A stretch of DNA of 63,994 nucleotides, filler included, from Octopus bimaculoides (taxonomy: Eukaryota): the NCBI RefSeq assembly GCF_001194135.2. It is 5 parts of 5 records of this genome, joined end to end, with 100 filler letters (N's around TTAATTAATTAA, not from the genome) between each part and the next. Parts side by side here need not be neighbours in the genome. Positions count along the whole stretch, not along the records: positions 62,640 to 63,994 come from NW_026359194.1; 4 more parts are not named here. The stretch is one strand, 5' to 3'. Within the stretch, counting starts at the first letter, position 1. Each line of letters opens with the position of its first letter. The notes under the pieces were generated by a model. It did no database searches and was not told the origin of the DNA. It saw only the letters and a program-made list of their open reading frames with translations. This document shows, piece by piece, positions 62,640-63,994 of the stretch. The position numbers were made by a program, and so were the translations under genes.

Positions 62640-62857
62640 CTCAAAGTGGTGATTTAACTACTCACAAACGTATTCATACTGGAGAGAAACCATACCGGTG
62701 TGATATTTGTGGTAAATCATTCTCTCGAAATGATAACTTAACTCAGCATAAACATATACATGCAAAAGTGAAACCATATCATTGCAATATCTGTGGCAAA
62801 TCATACTCTCAAAAACATTACTTAACTAAGCATATATGTATGCATATAAAACAGTAA
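62640..62857 (+). CDS. C-terminal end of a tandem C2H2 zinc-finger ORF (5' part lost in a gap)
   Basis: [71 protein letters not shown]; TGEKPY linker; absent from the ORF track because there is no start codon. Confidence 0.85.
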
Positions 62858-63199
62858 TTGTCTTAATCCTTTAGCATTTAATCTGGCCATATCCAGCCCA
62901 AATATTCTACCTCTTGTATGTTAAAACTGATCAGCTCCAACCTCTCATACCTACCCTACAATGTAATTCTAAAAATATTCAAACACACCATAGAAATCTT
63001 GAAGCTAAAAGATAGTGCATGATCAATTCAAAGCAATGTGAATAAATAAGCATTACATTTGACAGAGAATGCCGAATGCCAAATGGCTAAGTTAGTCTAC
63101 ATGCTAAATTTCATGATTATTTCGTGTCTCCTTTTTTCAAGAACAGCTTCAAGTATTGATGAACAGTTAGTGATGTTGGTGAGCATAAAACATATTAAA

Positions 63200-63945
63200 T
63201 GTTGCGGTTGAGAAAATGTTAGGCGACATGGAGGACTGGAAGCCGTCTGAATGTTGGGGAAAAAGTTAACTGCATCATGATGATTGATGCTGGGTATCAA
63301 AATGCCAATATCATGACAGCTGATCAGTGCTCTGTGAGCACTGTAAAGGCTGTAAGACATGACATGAACAGACAGGTGCAACAGAGACTATGAAGCCGTG
63401 GCCAGCTGGAAGGGACAGAGTTGTTCTGACTGTTTCCACTTACCAGAAGTCATCCCTACATCTTTGAACAAGGCCTCAGGTAGCTATGGGAAGCTGATGG
63501 AGACTGTCATCAAACCTAGTTGGAGAGGGTTGTCTCTGGAAGATTGTTTGGCCCCAGAATTCAGCTCCTTGCCATACATCCAAAAAAGATTCAAAAGTAA
63601 TAGTTAGAGAAATTTTACTTCACCACCCCCAGTTTCAGGCCTTCTAATTCCCCTGAATGTAATCCCATGGACTACTGTGTGCAGGGTGCAGTTGAAAAAG
63701 ACACCAACTGCACTGCCTGCAACACCAAGGCCGAGCTGGTGGGGTTTGAAGATCTTCCCAGAGACACAATGAGGAATGCATGTGCCAAATTCTGGAGACA
63801 TCGTGACACTATGTTGGAAGCTAAGGGCAGCTACTTTGTGTAAACTGTTAATCACTCAGTCATAATTGCTTTATTTTTGGAAGGAACATTGTTTTTTTTT
63901 TCCCCTTTTATGCAAACTGTCAAATTTTACTTGAACCTTACATAT
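63200..63945 (+). mobile_element. Internally deleted Tc1/mariner-superfamily (DD37D/maT-like) element
   Basis: Remnants ..PNSPECNPMDYCVQGAVEKDTN..NACAKFW..LEAKGSYFV* resemble the C-terminal catalytic motif. Confidence 0.65.
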
Positions 63946-63994
63946 ATTAAATATAATTTAATAACTGTGCTGCTGTATTTCTGTTGAGCAAAGT

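Noticed and set aside
62642-62760. Zinc-finger helices QSGDLT and RNDNLT resembling engineered ZF modules
   Set aside because: AT-rich native codon usage and degenerate linkers fit an endogenous gene; no vector sequence.

Overview
AT-rich, microsatellite-dense eukaryotic genomic scaffold with roughly 7 kb of N gaps. The SINE families and the C2H2 zinc-finger style suggest Octopus or another coleoid cephalopod; that is inference. One host gene is clearly visible: three phase-compatible + strand exons (37084-37500, 39969-40035, 49514-50363) of a HELZ/HELZ2-family Upf1-like SF1 RNA helicase. From recalled similarity to HELZ2, it seems to run from helicase 1 straight into the barrel that precedes helicase 2, with no RNB nuclease between them. 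The 3' end of a C2H2 zinc-finger ORF lies at 62640-62857. Everything else recognisable is transposon-derived: tRNA-type SINEs, RTE, CR1, R4/Dong-like, Penelope, Gypsy, Tc1/mariner and MITE-like palindromes. The most notable structure is at 45121-47225: a ~338-nt terminally redundant hammerhead unit (non-LTR retrozyme-like) interrupted, with an 11-bp target-site duplication, by a 1.7-kb ORF1-only (gag-like, CCHC) LINE derivative whose 3' end resembles the tail of an abundant SINE. Four other hammerhead-like motifs occur in unrelated sequence contexts, including a U3-A8 covariant motif in a Penelope element with a perfect 111-bp inverted repeat, and one inside a probable tRNA-headed SINE. All alignments were done by eye; no database searches were run.
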